From NCBI GenBank assembly GCA_900549645.1, contig URPD01000004.1, positions 1,421 through 65,420 of the forward strand: DNA of 64,000 bases, written 5' to 3'. Shown here piece by piece: positions 28,278 through 38,616 of the stretch. Position 1 is the stretch's first letter; each line of letters begins with the position of its first letter. The translations under genes were made by a program, and so were the position numbers. The notes under the pieces are model-generated. The model was not told where the DNA came from. It saw nothing but the letters and a program-made list of their open reading frames with translations, and made no database searches. The DNA is from an uncultured Eubacteriales bacterium. GTDB lineage: Bacteria > Bacillota > Clostridia > Oscillospirales > Oscillospiraceae.

Positions 28278-29354
28278 ATGAAAGATGCAATATTCCATTT
28301 CCCGACGGACGGAACTCCGGCGGAGTGCGAACAGATAAAATGCGGCCATATAAACCAGACCTATCTGATAACGACCGATACGGGGGCGAAATATGTCCTG
28401 CAATGGGTCAATCAGTACGTTTTCCCGAACGTTGACGCGATAATGGGCAACATGTCCGCGATAAGCGCGTATCTGCGCGGGCAGAACGAGCGCATGTCCA
28501 TGATAAGCTACATCGACACGCGCGACGGCAAAAACTATTATGACGACGGAGAGGGCGGCTGCTGGCGGGCTTACAGGTTCGTCGATAACAGCATATGCCT
28601 CCAGAGCGCGGAGACCCTGTCCGATTTCTATGAGAGTGCGCGGGCGTTCGGGCATTTTCAGTACACACTGCGCGGTTTCCCGGCGCAGACGCTTCAGGAG
28701 ACGATAGTGGATTTCCACAATACGCCCGTGAGATATGAGCAGCTCCGCGCCGCAATCAGCGCCGACCCGCTTGGCCGCGCGGCGTCCGTGCAGCAGGAGA
28801 TCGACTTCATATTCGAACGCGAGCAGCGCGCGGGTACGCTCCAGCGTATGCGCGACGCGGGGGAGCTGCCCGTCCGCGTCACGCACAACGACACGAAGAT
28901 AAATAACGTCCTGCTCGACGCGGACACGCGCCGTGCGCTGTGCGTCATTGACCTCGACACCGTCATGCCGGGGCTGTCGGCCTACGATTTCGGCGACGCG
29001 ATCCGCTTCGGCGCGTCCACCGCGGCGGAGGATGAGCGGGAGCTGGAGCGTGTACGGCTCGATCTGAACCTGTACCGTGTGTTCACGCGCGGCTTTGCTG
29101 AAGCCTGCCCCAGCCTGACGCGGGCGGAGCGCGATGTGCTGCCGCTTGGCGCGTTTGTGATGACGCTTGAGTGCGGCCTGAGGTTCCTCGCCGACTACAT
29201 AAACGGCGATAAGTATTTCTCCATAGACCGCGAGAGCCACAATCTTGACCGTGCGCGCACACAGCTCAAGCTGATAAGCGAGATGGAATCGCATTGGGAC
29301 GAGCTGATGCAAATAAACAGCGAAGAAGCCTATTTTAGACCTGATCTCGGATGA
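28278..29354 (+). CDS. aminoglycoside-phosphotransferase-fold kinase, N-acetylhexosamine 1-kinase (NahK)-like
   Basis: 358 aa. Catalytic loop HNDTKINNVLLD and DFGD-like motif IDLDTV. Overall APH/NahK-like. Confidence 0.6.
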   Translation: MKDAIFHFPTDGTPAECEQIKCGHINQTYLITTDTGAKYVLQWVNQYVFPNVDAIMGNMSAISAYLRGQNERMSMISYIDTRDGKNYYDDGEGGCWRAYRFVDNSICLQSAETLSDFYESARAFGHFQYTLRGFPAQTLQETIVDFHNTPVRYEQLRAAISADPLGRAASVQQEIDFIFEREQRAGTLQRMRDAGELPVRVTHNDTKINNVLLDADTRRALCVIDLDTVMPGLSAYDFGDAIRFGASTAAEDERELERVRLDLNLYRVFTRGFAEACPSLTRAERDVLPLGAFVMTLECGLRFLADYINGDKYFSIDRESHNLDRARTQLKLISEMESHWDELMQINSEEAYFRPDLG

Positions 29355-29567
29355 GATTAGGTCTTTTTCATTAAATATTTTGTACTTCACATGCAAACGG
29401 CGCAAATAATCGCTAGATGTTTTGGGAACAATGACGTATTTGCACTATAATTTCCTTGCCAAAATAGTATAAACGTTGTAAAATACCATCAAGCGAATTT
29501 AGGCGAGTTTTATAACGAACGAGCCGTCAAAATATATCTTTATATATCTTTCAGGAGGAAAAGAAAA

Positions 29568-30806
29568 ATGATTCTTGACTGCACAAAATACCTCGGCGAC
29601 TGCGAATGCGGACGCGACCATGAGCTTCGCACCAAGCTCGTCGTATGCGAATACGGCGCGCTCAAAAATTTCGACAAATACATGGACGACTGCGGCCTTA
29701 CCGGCTTCCGCACTGTCATCTATGATACGAACACCTATAATCTGCCCACCATGCACCATGTCCGCGCAGATCAGGAAATAGTCCTTGAGGCGCAGGGACT
29801 GCACAGCGAAAAGGGTCTCATCGAGAATATGATGACCATGCTTGAGCGCAAGCCCGATTACATCGTCGTAGTCGGCGGCGGTACGCTGATGGACTTCGGC
29901 CGTTACAGCGCATGGAAGCTCGGCATCCCCTTTGTCGCTATCCCCACCATCGTCTCCTCCGACGGCTTCACCGCGGACATCTGCTCCATCATCATCGACG
30001 GCCAGAAGAAGTCCATCCCCATGCAGGCGGCGGACGCGGTCATCTGCGACATCAACATCGTCTCCGGTGCGCCCCGCTTCCTGACCATCGCGGGCGTGCA
30101 GGATATCCTCGCAAAGTACGTCTCCATCGCAGACTGGAAGATAGCCCACATTGTCTCCGGCGAATACTTCTGCCCGAAGGTGTGCGCAATGGCGCAGGAA
30201 GCGCTGGACATCATGGCGCGCTGCGCAAACGACCTTGCCGAGGGCAAGGAGCCTGACTATGAGGCCATGGCCTACACCCAGATGCTCTCCGGCCTGACCA
30301 TGCAGATCCTCTCCAACAGCCGCGCGGCATCCGGCGCGGAGCACCTTGTCGCCCACCTCGTCGAGATGAAGCCCAAGGGATTCAAGAACGCCCACGGTAT
30401 GCACGGCGAGTGCGTCGGCATAGGCACCATCATGTGCGCGAGAGCGTATCACGAGCTTGCAAAGCGCGACACTATCGAGGTCAAGCCCTACGAGCCGCTG
30501 GATCCGGCATGGGTGCGCGACGTGTTCGGCGATTTGGCCGACGGCATCTTCAAGGAGAACGAGAACGACGTTCTCAAGACATTCCCGCCTGAGAGCATCA
30601 AGGAGCATTGGCAGGAGATCCGCGACGTCATTGCGACTATCCCGACCGCCGAAGAGCTTATCGACCTCTACACCAAGATCGGCGCGAAGCACTCCCTTGC
30701 AGAGCTTGACATCGACGAGAGCATCCGCGGCGAGTTCCTTGACATTTCCTCCGCGATACGCAACCGCCTGACCTTTGCGAGAATGACCAGACTTATTGTC
30801 AAGTAA
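29568..30806 (+). CDS. araM: sn-glycerol-1-phosphate dehydrogenase (AraM/EgsA family, Fe-ADH/dehydroquinate-synthase-like fold)
   Basis: 412 aa. GGGTLMDFGRY nucleotide-binding motif and metal-binding His/Asp pattern typical of G1PDH. RBS AGGAGG. Confidence 0.65.
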   Translation: MILDCTKYLGDCECGRDHELRTKLVVCEYGALKNFDKYMDDCGLTGFRTVIYDTNTYNLPTMHHVRADQEIVLEAQGLHSEKGLIENMMTMLERKPDYIVVVGGGTLMDFGRYSAWKLGIPFVAIPTIVSSDGFTADICSIIIDGQKKSIPMQAADAVICDINIVSGAPRFLTIAGVQDILAKYVSIADWKIAHIVSGEYFCPKVCAMAQEALDIMARCANDLAEGKEPDYEAMAYTQMLSGLTMQILSNSRAASGAEHLVAHLVEMKPKGFKNAHGMHGECVGIGTIMCARAYHELAKRDTIEVKPYEPLDPAWVRDVFGDLADGIFKENENDVLKTFPPESIKEHWQEIRDVIATIPTAEELIDLYTKIGAKHSLAELDIDESIRGEFLDISSAIRNRLTFARMTRLIVK

Positions 30807-30839
30807 GGTCGCTTATATCTGAATAACGGAGTTGAAGCT

Positions 30840-32330
30840 ATGAAGTATATTATGGCTCTCGATCAGGGCACTACCAGCTCCCGCTGCATCCTCTTTGACC
30901 ACGCGGGCAACATCTGCGCAAGCGTGCAGAAGGAGTTCAGGCAGATATTCCCGCAGCCGGGCTGGGTGGAGCACGACGCCGTAGAGATCTGGGATACGAC
31001 GCTGGAGGTCTCCCGCGCCGCGATGGACAAGCTCGGCATGACGGCGGCGGACGTCGCTGCAATAGGCATCACCAACCAGCGCGAGACCTCCGTCATATGG
31101 GACAAGGCAACCGGCGAGCCTATTGCCAACGCCATCGTCTGGCAGTGCCGCCGCACCGCGCCCATCATCGACAAGCTTGTTGCCGAAGGCTACGGCGACA
31201 TGATCCGCGAAAAGACCGGACTTGTACCTGACGCGTACTTCTCCGGCAGCAAAATAAAGTGGCTGCTCGACAACGTACCCGGCGCGCGCGAACGCGCCGA
31301 GCGCGGCGAGCTGCTGTTCGGAACCATCGACACATGGCTCATCTGGAAGCTGACGGGCGGCCGCGTCCATGTGACCGATTACACCAACGCCAGCCGCACG
31401 ATGCTTTTCAACATCCATGAGCTGTGCTGGGACAAAGCTCTGCTTGAGCTGCTGGACATTCCGGAGAGCCTCCTGCCTGAGGTGAAACCCTCCAGCCATG
31501 TCTACGGTACGACCGAGTTTGAGCTGTACGGCGGCGAGATACCGATCGCCGGAGCCGGCGGAGACCAGCAGTGCGCGCTGTTCGGCCAGTGCTGCTTCGA
31601 GCCGGGCACCATGAAGAACACCTACGGAACCGGCTGCTTCATGCTTATGAACACCGGCCGCGAGCCGGTCAAGAGCGCGAACGGCCTTGTCACCTCTATC
31701 GCCGTCGGCTTTGAGGATCACGTCGAATACGCCCTTGAGGGCAGCATCTTCGTGGCGGGCGCGGCGGTGCAGTGGCTGCGCGACGAGCTGGGCGTGATAT
31801 CCGGCGCGGCGGAGAGCCAGCAGTATGCCGAGGCGGTGCCGGACACCGCGGGCGGCTATGTCGTACCCGCATTCACCGGTATGGGCGCGCCCTACTGGAA
31901 TCAGGACGCGCGCGGCGCGATAGTCGGCATCACCCGCGGCTTCAGCCGGGCGCATCTTGTGCGCGCGACGCTTGAGTCGCTGGCCTACCAGACCTATGAC
32001 ATTGCCCGCGCCATGGAGCAGGACAGCTGCATCCCCATCCGCGAGCTGAAGGTCGACGGCGGCGCCTGCGCCAACAATTTCCTCATGCAGTTCCAGAGCG
32101 ACATTCTCGGCAGCCGGGTCGTGCGCCCGCAGTGCATCGAGACGACGGCGCTCGGCGCGGCGTATCTCGCCGGCCTTGCCGTCGGCTATTGGGACAGCCT
32201 TGAGGACGTCCGCCGCAACTGGGCGGAGGACAAGGTGTTCGAGCCGATAATGCCCGCCGACCGCAGCGAAGCGCTGCTCAAGGGCTGGCACCGTGCGGTC
32301 AAGTGCGCGCTTGACTGGACGAAAGAATAA
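30840..32330 (+). CDS. glpK: glycerol kinase
   Basis: 496 aa, FGGY-family with highly conserved GlpK motifs ([25 protein letters not shown]). Confidence 0.95.
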   Translation: MKYIMALDQGTTSSRCILFDHAGNICASVQKEFRQIFPQPGWVEHDAVEIWDTTLEVSRAAMDKLGMTAADVAAIGITNQRETSVIWDKATGEPIANAIVWQCRRTAPIIDKLVAEGYGDMIREKTGLVPDAYFSGSKIKWLLDNVPGARERAERGELLFGTIDTWLIWKLTGGRVHVTDYTNASRTMLFNIHELCWDKALLELLDIPESLLPEVKPSSHVYGTTEFELYGGEIPIAGAGGDQQCALFGQCCFEPGTMKNTYGTGCFMLMNTGREPVKSANGLVTSIAVGFEDHVEYALEGSIFVAGAAVQWLRDELGVISGAAESQQYAEAVPDTAGGYVVPAFTGMGAPYWNQDARGAIVGITRGFSRAHLVRATLESLAYQTYDIARAMEQDSCIPIRELKVDGGACANNFLMQFQSDILGSRVVRPQCIETTALGAAYLAGLAVGYWDSLEDVRRNWAEDKVFEPIMPADRSEALLKGWHRAVKCALDWTKE

Positions 32331-32358
32331 ATAGAGAAAGAAAAACGGAGAAAAGAGA

Positions 32359-33174
32359 ATGGAAAAAAGCCTGAAGGACATAGAGCTTTTCCTGTTCGAC
32401 ATGGACGGAACGCTCTATCTTGGAGATAACGTATACGAAGGCGCGATCGAGCTGATGAACGACCTGCCGAAGCTCGGCAAGAAGTACATATACCTCACCA
32501 ATAATTCCTCCCGCGCAGGGACTGATTATATCACGCGCCTGCGCCGCCTCGGCTTCCCCTGCGAGGCCGAGAACGTGTTCACCTCCGGCATGGCGACCGG
32601 CATGTACCTCAATCAGCGTCACCCCGGCGCGAAGGTGTACCTTGCCGGTACGAAGGCGTTCTACCGCGAGCTGGTCAGCTACGGCATTGACCTCGTGAAC
32701 GACGAGAACGGCCACACCGAGGCGGAGACCGTCGATGTCGTCGTGCAGGGCTTCGATACGGAGCTTGTGTACGAAAAGCTCGACAAAGCCTGCCATTTCC
32801 TGCGCCGCGGCGCAACCTTCATCGCCGCAAACCCCGACTGGGTCTGCCCGATGCCGCATGACGAAGTCCTGCCCGACTGCGGCAGCATCTGCGCCCTGCT
32901 CACCGCGTCCAGCGGCGTGAAGCCGACCTATATCGGCAAGCCGAACCGCAACATGATCGACGTTATCTCCGAAATGACCGGCATTGCAAACGAGCATATC
33001 TGCGCCGTGGGCGACAGACTCTATACCGATATCGCCGTCGCGCAGAACGCGGGCGCGGGTTCCGTGCTGGTTCTCTCCGGCGAGACGGATCAGGCCATGG
33101 TCGATGCCGCCGAGCGCAAGCCCGATCTTGTCCTGCCGAGCGTCAAGGAGCTGCACGAGCTGCTCCGAGGATAA
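32359..33174 (+). CDS. HAD-IIA phosphatase (NagD/AraL-like sugar-phosphate phosphatase)
   Basis: DMDGTLY motif I, TNNS motif II, GDRLYTDI motif IV. Confidence 0.75.
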   Translation: MEKSLKDIELFLFDMDGTLYLGDNVYEGAIELMNDLPKLGKKYIYLTNNSSRAGTDYITRLRRLGFPCEAENVFTSGMATGMYLNQRHPGAKVYLAGTKAFYRELVSYGIDLVNDENGHTEAETVDVVVQGFDTELVYEKLDKACHFLRRGATFIAANPDWVCPMPHDEVLPDCGSICALLTASSGVKPTYIGKPNRNMIDVISEMTGIANEHICAVGDRLYTDIAVAQNAGAGSVLVLSGETDQAMVDAAERKPDLVLPSVKELHELLRG

Positions 33175-33191
33175 AGCCTGACAGATACGCA

Positions 33192-33225
33192 TATCCCGTT
33201 GCCGAAACCGGCAGCGGGATTTTTG
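33192..33225 (+). terminator. terminator after the araM-glpK-HAD operon
   Basis: atcccg...cgggat compound hairpin followed by T5. Confidence 0.55.
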
Positions 33226-33259
33226 ACGCCGGGAAGAACCAGCGGAATATGGGCACGGC

Positions 33260-33288
33260 TTGACATTGCGGCCGCGCTGGGTTATATT
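33260..33288 (+). promoter_or_regulatory. promoter TTGACA-17-TATATT for the PMT-family gene
   Basis: -35 at 33260-33265, -10 at 33283-33288. The ~65-nt leader contains three copies of TGCGGCC(A/G)CG. Confidence 0.45.
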
Positions 33289-33353
33289 TTTCCTGTATCG
33301 CGGCTGCGGCCGCGTATAATCTGAATCTGCGGCCACGCGCCGCGCTGACTGCC

Positions 33354-35150
33354 ATGACGATAACTTATTTGCTGCCAATACTGGCGGCACTGCTTATAGT
33401 TTTGTTCTATATGGGCTTGCCCTCGCTGAAGGAGTGCCCGCTGGAACGCGCGGAGCCTGCGGAACGCAAGATGAGGCGCGGCGACTGGCTCGCCGCGGCG
33501 GTGATCGCGCTTTGCTACGCGGTAGTCGCGTTCATCGGCCTCGGCGATACCGAGGCGGCGCAGAACCCGCATGTCTTCTCGCCTAATGAGACTGTCACCG
33601 TAGAGCTTGAGAGCGCCATGCCGATAAGCAGACTGCGCATTTTCTGCGGCATAAACGTCGGCAATTATTACATCGAGTGTTCTGAAGACGGCGAGAACTG
33701 GGACTACGCCGGAGAATTTGCGCAGAATTACGTTGCAGTGCTGAAATGGGAAGAGATAGAGCTGAGCGAGACGGTAACGACCAAACCCGCGCGCTATCTC
33801 CGCATAACCGCTGATAACGATATGTATTTAAACGAAATCGCGGTGTACAGCCCGTACGGTGATCTGCTCGGCATCACATCCGCCGACGCTCCGGAGCTGT
33901 GCGACGAACAGGAGCTTGTCCCGGATTCGGCGAGCTTTATGAACTCCAGCTACTTTGACGAGATTTATCATGTCCGCACGGCGATAGAGCACCAGAAGGA
34001 CATCTGGCCGTATGAGGTCAGTCATCCTCCGCTCGGCAAGCTGATAATCGGCATCGGTATCTCGCTCTTCGGCGTGACGCCGTTCGGCTGGCGATTCATG
34101 GGAACGCTCTTCGGAGTCCTCATGCTGCCGGTGATGTATGTATTTTTGAAGAGGCTTTTCGGCGGAAAAGTAGTTCCTGTGCTCGGAACTGTCATATTTG
34201 CGGCGGATTTCATGCACTACGTGCAGACGCGCATCGCCACGATCGACACCTACGCGGTGTTCTTCATCCTGCTGATGTACCTGTTCATGTACCTGTGGTG
34301 CGAGGACGGGAAAAAGCGCTATCTTGCGCTGTCCGGCCTGTTCTTCGGCATAGGGGCGGCGAGCAAATGGACCTGCATCTATGCCGGCGCGGGGCTTGCG
34401 GTCATATGGGCGCTGCATTGGATCGTCCGTGCATATCATAGAAAAGACGAGGAAAACGGCGGAAATCTGTTCGCCGAGTTCCTGCGCAACTGCGGCTTCT
34501 GCGTTGTGTTCTTCGTGCTCGTACCGGCAGTGATTTATTACGTTTCGTATTATCATTACGGGGCGGCGAAGGGCCTGACCGGCGTCGGCGCGTTCTTCAC
34601 GAAGGCGTATGCGCAGATTGTTCTGGACAACCAGAGCTTCATGTTTACCTACCATTCCGGCGTCACGGCGTCGCATCCGTACTCGTCGCGCTGGTATCAG
34701 TGGGTGCTCGATATCCGCCCGATACTATACTATCTGGATTACGGCACGGACGGCACGCGGCAGAGCTTCGGTGCGTTCGTGAACCCGATACTGTGCTGGG
34801 CGGGGCTTATCGCGCTCTTTGTGCTGGGCTATGAAGCCGTTGCCAAGCGTGACCGCCGCGCGGCGTTCATACTCATAGGCTACCTCGCACAGCTCCTGCC
34901 GTGGGTGTTCATCACGCGCATAACCTTTGAGTACCACTACTTCGCCTGCACGGTGTTCCTCGTCCTCGCGCTGGGCTACGTTATCGCGCTCATGCGGCAG
35001 TGGAACCCGCGCTGGCGCGTATACGCGGTGGGAGTGGCCGTCCTGTGCGTGGCGGTATTCATCATGTTCTATCCTGCGCTCAGCGGAATGCGCGTGGATA
35101 ACGCGACGGCGAGCCGCCTGCTGCGCTGGCTGCCGACTTGGCCGTTCTGA
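33354..35150 (+). CDS. PMT-family (GT39/GT-C, phospholipid-carrier-dependent) glycosyltransferase carrying a discoidin/F5-8-type-C-like domain inserted after TM1
   Basis: YFDEIYHVRTAIEH...HPPLGKLIIGIGISLFG is the PMT loop-1/DE motif, then many TM helices. Residues ~65-195 (RLRIFCGINV...ARYLRITADNDMYLNEIAVYS) resemble a discoidin domain. Confidence 0.65.
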   Translation: MTITYLLPILAALLIVLFYMGLPSLKECPLERAEPAERKMRRGDWLAAAVIALCYAVVAFIGLGDTEAAQNPHVFSPNETVTVELESAMPISRLRIFCGINVGNYYIECSEDGENWDYAGEFAQNYVAVLKWEEIELSETVTTKPARYLRITADNDMYLNEIAVYSPYGDLLGITSADAPELCDEQELVPDSASFMNSSYFDEIYHVRTAIEHQKDIWPYEVSHPPLGKLIIGIGISLFGVTPFGWRFMGTLFGVLMLPVMYVFLKRLFGGKVVPVLGTVIFAADFMHYVQTRIATIDTYAVFFILLMYLFMYLWCEDGKKRYLALSGLFFGIGAASKWTCIYAGAGLAVIWALHWIVRAYHRKDEENGGNLFAEFLRNCGFCVVFFVLVPAVIYYVSYYHYGAAKGLTGVGAFFTKAYAQIVLDNQSFMFTYHSGVTASHPYSSRWYQWVLDIRPILYYLDYGTDGTRQSFGAFVNPILCWAGLIALFVLGYEAVAKRDRRAAFILIGYLAQLLPWVFITRITFEYHYFACTVFLVLALGYVIALMRQWNPRWRVYAVGVAVLCVAVFIMFYPALSGMRVDNATASRLLRWLPTWPF

Positions 35151-35160
35151 ATATACCAAC

Positions 35161-35200
35161 ACCCCGAATCATCGATTCGGGGTGTTGAATTATTTTATGC
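35161..35200. terminator. bidirectional terminator between the PMT gene and prmA
   Basis: caacaccccgaatc-atcg-attcggggtgttg, T/A-rich on both sides. Confidence 0.65.
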
Positions 35201-36118
35201 TTATCTGCACTCGAAGCAGTGCCATTCCTCTTCGCAGTAGTGGGCGATTATCTCAAAGCCGTTTTTTTGGAGCACGGAGCTGACTTCGTCCTGCCGCCCC
35301 TCGATTATGCCGGAGCATATGAACACCGCGCCCTCGGCCATAAACTGCCGCACATAGCCAGAGAGGGGGATGATAACGTCGGAGACGATGTTTGCGAGCA
35401 CAAGCTGATACCCGCTGCCAAGCTCGCGGCGCAGGGACGCGTCGCCGATAATATCGCCCGCGTAGACACGGAACCTGTCGCTCCCGATGCCGTTCAGCGC
35501 GGCATTCGACATTGCAACGTCCGGCGCTTTCGGGTCGATGTCACAGCCGACACAGCTCTTGCAGCCGAGAACAAGACTGCCGATGCCGAGTATACCGCTG
35601 CCGCAGCCGAGGTCGAGCACGGTCGTCTCAGGCGAGCAGTATTTTTCGAGCGCGGCGAGGCACATGCGCGTGGTTGCATGGCTGCCGGTGCCGAAGATCA
35701 GGCCGGGATCGAGCCGCAGCGGCTGACGCCCGTCGGCGGGGATCTCCTCCCATTCCGGCACGACGACCAGCTTTTCGCCGACCTCGATGGGCTTATAATA
35801 TTCGCGCCAGTTGTTTTCCCAGTCGCTGTCCTCGATAAACGCGGTCTGCACCGCGCCATACGCGCCGCGTATCTTCGCAAGGACGGCCTTGCCGTCGGCG
35901 TCGTCGCTGAGGTAGCATTTTATGCGGCTTACTCCAGCAAACTTCTGCTCCAGCTCGTCGTCCACGTAGTCCCAGTACTGGTGATTGTTTTCGAGGAAAT
36001 CCTGAAAATCGGCCTCGTTTTCTATAACAAATCCGTCCGCGCCCATGTCCGCCATCTGCTGGCAGCGCTCATCTATAAGCTCGGCCGGTGTGTCAACGCT
36101 TACTTCAATCCAACGCAT
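35201..36118 (-). CDS. prmA: ribosomal protein L11 methyltransferase
   Basis: 305 aa with SAM motif VLDLGCGSGILGI and overall PrmA architecture. Confidence 0.88.
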   Translation of the reverse strand: MRWIEVSVDTPAELIDERCQQMADMGADGFVIENEADFQDFLENNHQYWDYVDDELEQKFAGVSRIKCYLSDDADGKAVLAKIRGAYGAVQTAFIEDSDWENNWREYYKPIEVGEKLVVVPEWEEIPADGRQPLRLDPGLIFGTGSHATTRMCLAALEKYCSPETTVLDLGCGSGILGIGSLVLGCKSCVGCDIDPKAPDVAMSNAALNGIGSDRFRVYAGDIIGDASLRRELGSGYQLVLANIVSDVIIPLSGYVRQFMAEGAVFICSGIIEGRQDEVSSVLQKNGFEIIAHYCEEEWHCFECR

Positions 36119-36401
36119 AATATTTCTCCTTCAAAAATTGTCTGCCCATATTGTACACGCTGTGCCGCGCCTTGTCCATAGCCGAGGCGCACAAACGCGA
36201 AAAAACCAAACGGGAGCTCCAAGCCTGCCTGCAAGGAGTTCCCGTTCGGTTGTGAAAGAAAAGAGAGTGAGAAAACGAATGAAAAACGTCTCATTCGAGA
36301 CACGCAAGCTTTTCACTTACTGACAAGAAAATAACACAGTCGCTCCGCAAAGTCAAGTGATATTTTTAACATTTTTGCAGCTCGGCGAATTTTTGTGTTA
36401 T

Positions 36402-36602
36402 TTATATATCATAGGCTTTGCCAAGTGCGTTCAATTCGGTAAATGTGTCTATCTCAATCACGTCTTTTGCTTCGCATTTGCGGGCATAAACGGTATAATC
36501 ATCCAAAAAGTACTTCAGCGGCACGGTGTCTCGATAGCGCTTACCTCGCCGGGGCGGCTTTCTGCGTGGTTGAACAAAACGTAAATATTTACGGCCGGCC
36601 AA
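36402..36602 (-). CDS. candidate small basic protein (66 aa) in a 670-bp divergent intergenic region
   Basis: ORF with a very basic N-terminus (RKYLRFVQPRRKPPRRGKRYR) and an acidic C-terminus. A perfect 14-bp palindrome CGTAAATATTTACG (36583-36596) covers codons 5-9. No similarity recognised; local GC is lower. Confidence 0.2.
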   Translation of the reverse strand: MAGRKYLRFVQPRRKPPRRGKRYRDTVPLKYFLDDYTVYARKCEAKDVIEIDTFTELNALGKAYDI

Positions 36603-36789
36603 GCGCGATAATCAATTAATGTCAATACTGAACGAAGCGTATTGAAAAAAGGCGGATTTATTTGTTTGCTATTGCGGCTTGCCGCCGGCTGCATAAATTG
36701 TTAGTATAATATAATAGAAAAGCATATGGACATATTCCCGCGGAAAGTATGGCGTATAAAGATGCGCGGGAGCAGGTATGAGGATGTAA

Positions 36790-38541
36790 ATGAATCTGAA
36801 CAATATTATTTCACTGCTGGGCGGAGTGGCGCTGTTCCTGTTCGGAATGACGCTGATGGGCGACGGGCTGAAAAAGGTCGCGGGCAGCAAGCTGGAGCTT
36901 GTGCTGTACCGCCTGTCGGGGACGCCGCTGCGCGGTGTGCTGCTCGGCACTGGCGTGACGGCGGTCATACAGTCGTCCTCGGCGACGTCGGTGATGGTTG
37001 TTGGCTTCGTCAACTCCGGTATGATGAAGCTGAGACAGGCTATCGCGGTGATCCTCGGCGCGCTTCTGGGCACGAGCGTCACGGGCTGGATAATCTGCCT
37101 CTCGATGCTGGAGGGCAGCGGCTGGGTTGCGCTGTTCTCGACGTCCACCCTCAGCGCGGTTATCGCCGTGTGCGGAATAATCCTGCGCATGTTCAGCCGC
37201 AGCCAGCAGCACCGCCACGTGGGTGACATTATGCTTGGCTTCTCGGTGCTGATGTTCGGGATGCAGTCGATGAGCACGGCGGTGTCTCCTCTGCGCGAGA
37301 GCGCGGCGTTCGTGCGGCTTATCACAAGCTTCTCGAATCCGCTTCTCGGCATACTGGCTGGCGCACTTTTTACCTGCATTCTGCAGAGCGCGAGCGCCGC
37401 GGTCGGTATCCTTCAGGCGCTGTCCGTCACGGACGCGGTCAGCTTTGCGGCCGCGTATCCGGTCATCCTCGGCATCGCAATCGGTGCGGCTGTGCCGGTG
37501 CTGCTGTCGGCGCTGGGCGCGAAAACAGACGGCAGGCGCACCGCTTTTGCGTACCTTGAAATAGAGCTTGTCGGCGTGATACTCTGCGGCGGGCTGTTCT
37601 ACGGCGTGAATGCGGCGATAGGCTTTACGTTTATGGACATGACGATGAACGCCGTCAGTATCGCGTTTGTGAACACGGCGTTCCGCTTCGTGACCGCGCT
37701 TGCGCTGCTCCCCGCAATCGGCCTGCTTGAAAAGCTGGCCTGCGCACTGATAAAGGGCGGGGAGGAGCAGACTCACGCCGACGCATTCGACAGGCTTGAC
37801 GAACGCTTCCTCGCGCATCCCGCGCTTGCCGTGGAGCAGAGCCGACTGACCGTGGAGGACATGGGCAAGACCGCGCAGAGCAACCTGCTCACATCGGTTG
37901 CGCTGCTCAGGGATTACAGCGACGAGGCATTTGCGCGCGTTGAGAGTGAGGAGGGGCTGGTCGACCAGTACGAGGACAGGCTCGGAACCTACCTCATGCG
38001 CATAACCGAACGCGAGCTTACGTGCGAGGAAAATGAGAGCGTGTCAAAATACCTGCACACGCTCAGCGATTTTGAACGTATCAGCGACCACGCGATGAAC
38101 ATTGCTGAGGCCGCGCGCGAGATAAGCCAGAAGAAGCTGCGCTTCACCGGCGCGGCGGAGCATGAGCTGGACGTACTGAGCGCCGCTGTGCAGGAGATAC
38201 TGGATGTTGCGTCGCGGGCATTTTTTGCAAATGACGTTGAGCTTGCATACCGCGTGGAGCCGCTGGAGGAGCGGATTGACGTGCTGTGCGACGAGCTGAA
38301 GCTGCACCATGTCGAACGGCTCCAGAGCGGGGACTGCTCGCTTGAAAACGGCTTCGTGTTCAACGACCTGCTCGCAAATTTTGAGCGTGTGGCCGACCAC
38401 AGCTCAAATCTTGCGATTGCGACGATAGAATTGCGCTCAGACAGATACGACACCCACGAGTATGTCATCAACCTCAAGGAGCTGCACTCCCACCGCTTTG
38501 ACGAGTATTACGAGGAATACGCCCGGAAGTACAGTGTCTGA
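36790..38541 (+). CDS. Na/Pi-cotransporter family protein with C-terminal PhoU-like domains
   Basis: 583 aa. N-terminal NptA-like TM repeats (GTGVTAVIQSSSATSVMVVGF...) and paired PhoU helices at the C-terminus. Confidence 0.75.
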   Translation: MNLNNIISLLGGVALFLFGMTLMGDGLKKVAGSKLELVLYRLSGTPLRGVLLGTGVTAVIQSSSATSVMVVGFVNSGMMKLRQAIAVILGALLGTSVTGWIICLSMLEGSGWVALFSTSTLSAVIAVCGIILRMFSRSQQHRHVGDIMLGFSVLMFGMQSMSTAVSPLRESAAFVRLITSFSNPLLGILAGALFTCILQSASAAVGILQALSVTDAVSFAAAYPVILGIAIGAAVPVLLSALGAKTDGRRTAFAYLEIELVGVILCGGLFYGVNAAIGFTFMDMTMNAVSIAFVNTAFRFVTALALLPAIGLLEKLACALIKGGEEQTHADAFDRLDERFLAHPALAVEQSRLTVEDMGKTAQSNLLTSVALLRDYSDEAFARVESEEGLVDQYEDRLGTYLMRITERELTCEENESVSKYLHTLSDFERISDHAMNIAEAAREISQKKLRFTGAAEHELDVLSAAVQEILDVASRAFFANDVELAYRVEPLEERIDVLCDELKLHHVERLQSGDCSLENGFVFNDLLANFERVADHSSNLAIATIELRSDRYDTHEYVINLKELHSHRFDEYYEEYARKYSV

Positions 38542-38616
38542 AAGTCCGTTTCGGCTTGCATTTTCCGGGGAATAATACTATAAAGCCACTTTTGCAAAGC
38601 AGCTATGGAGGCAATT

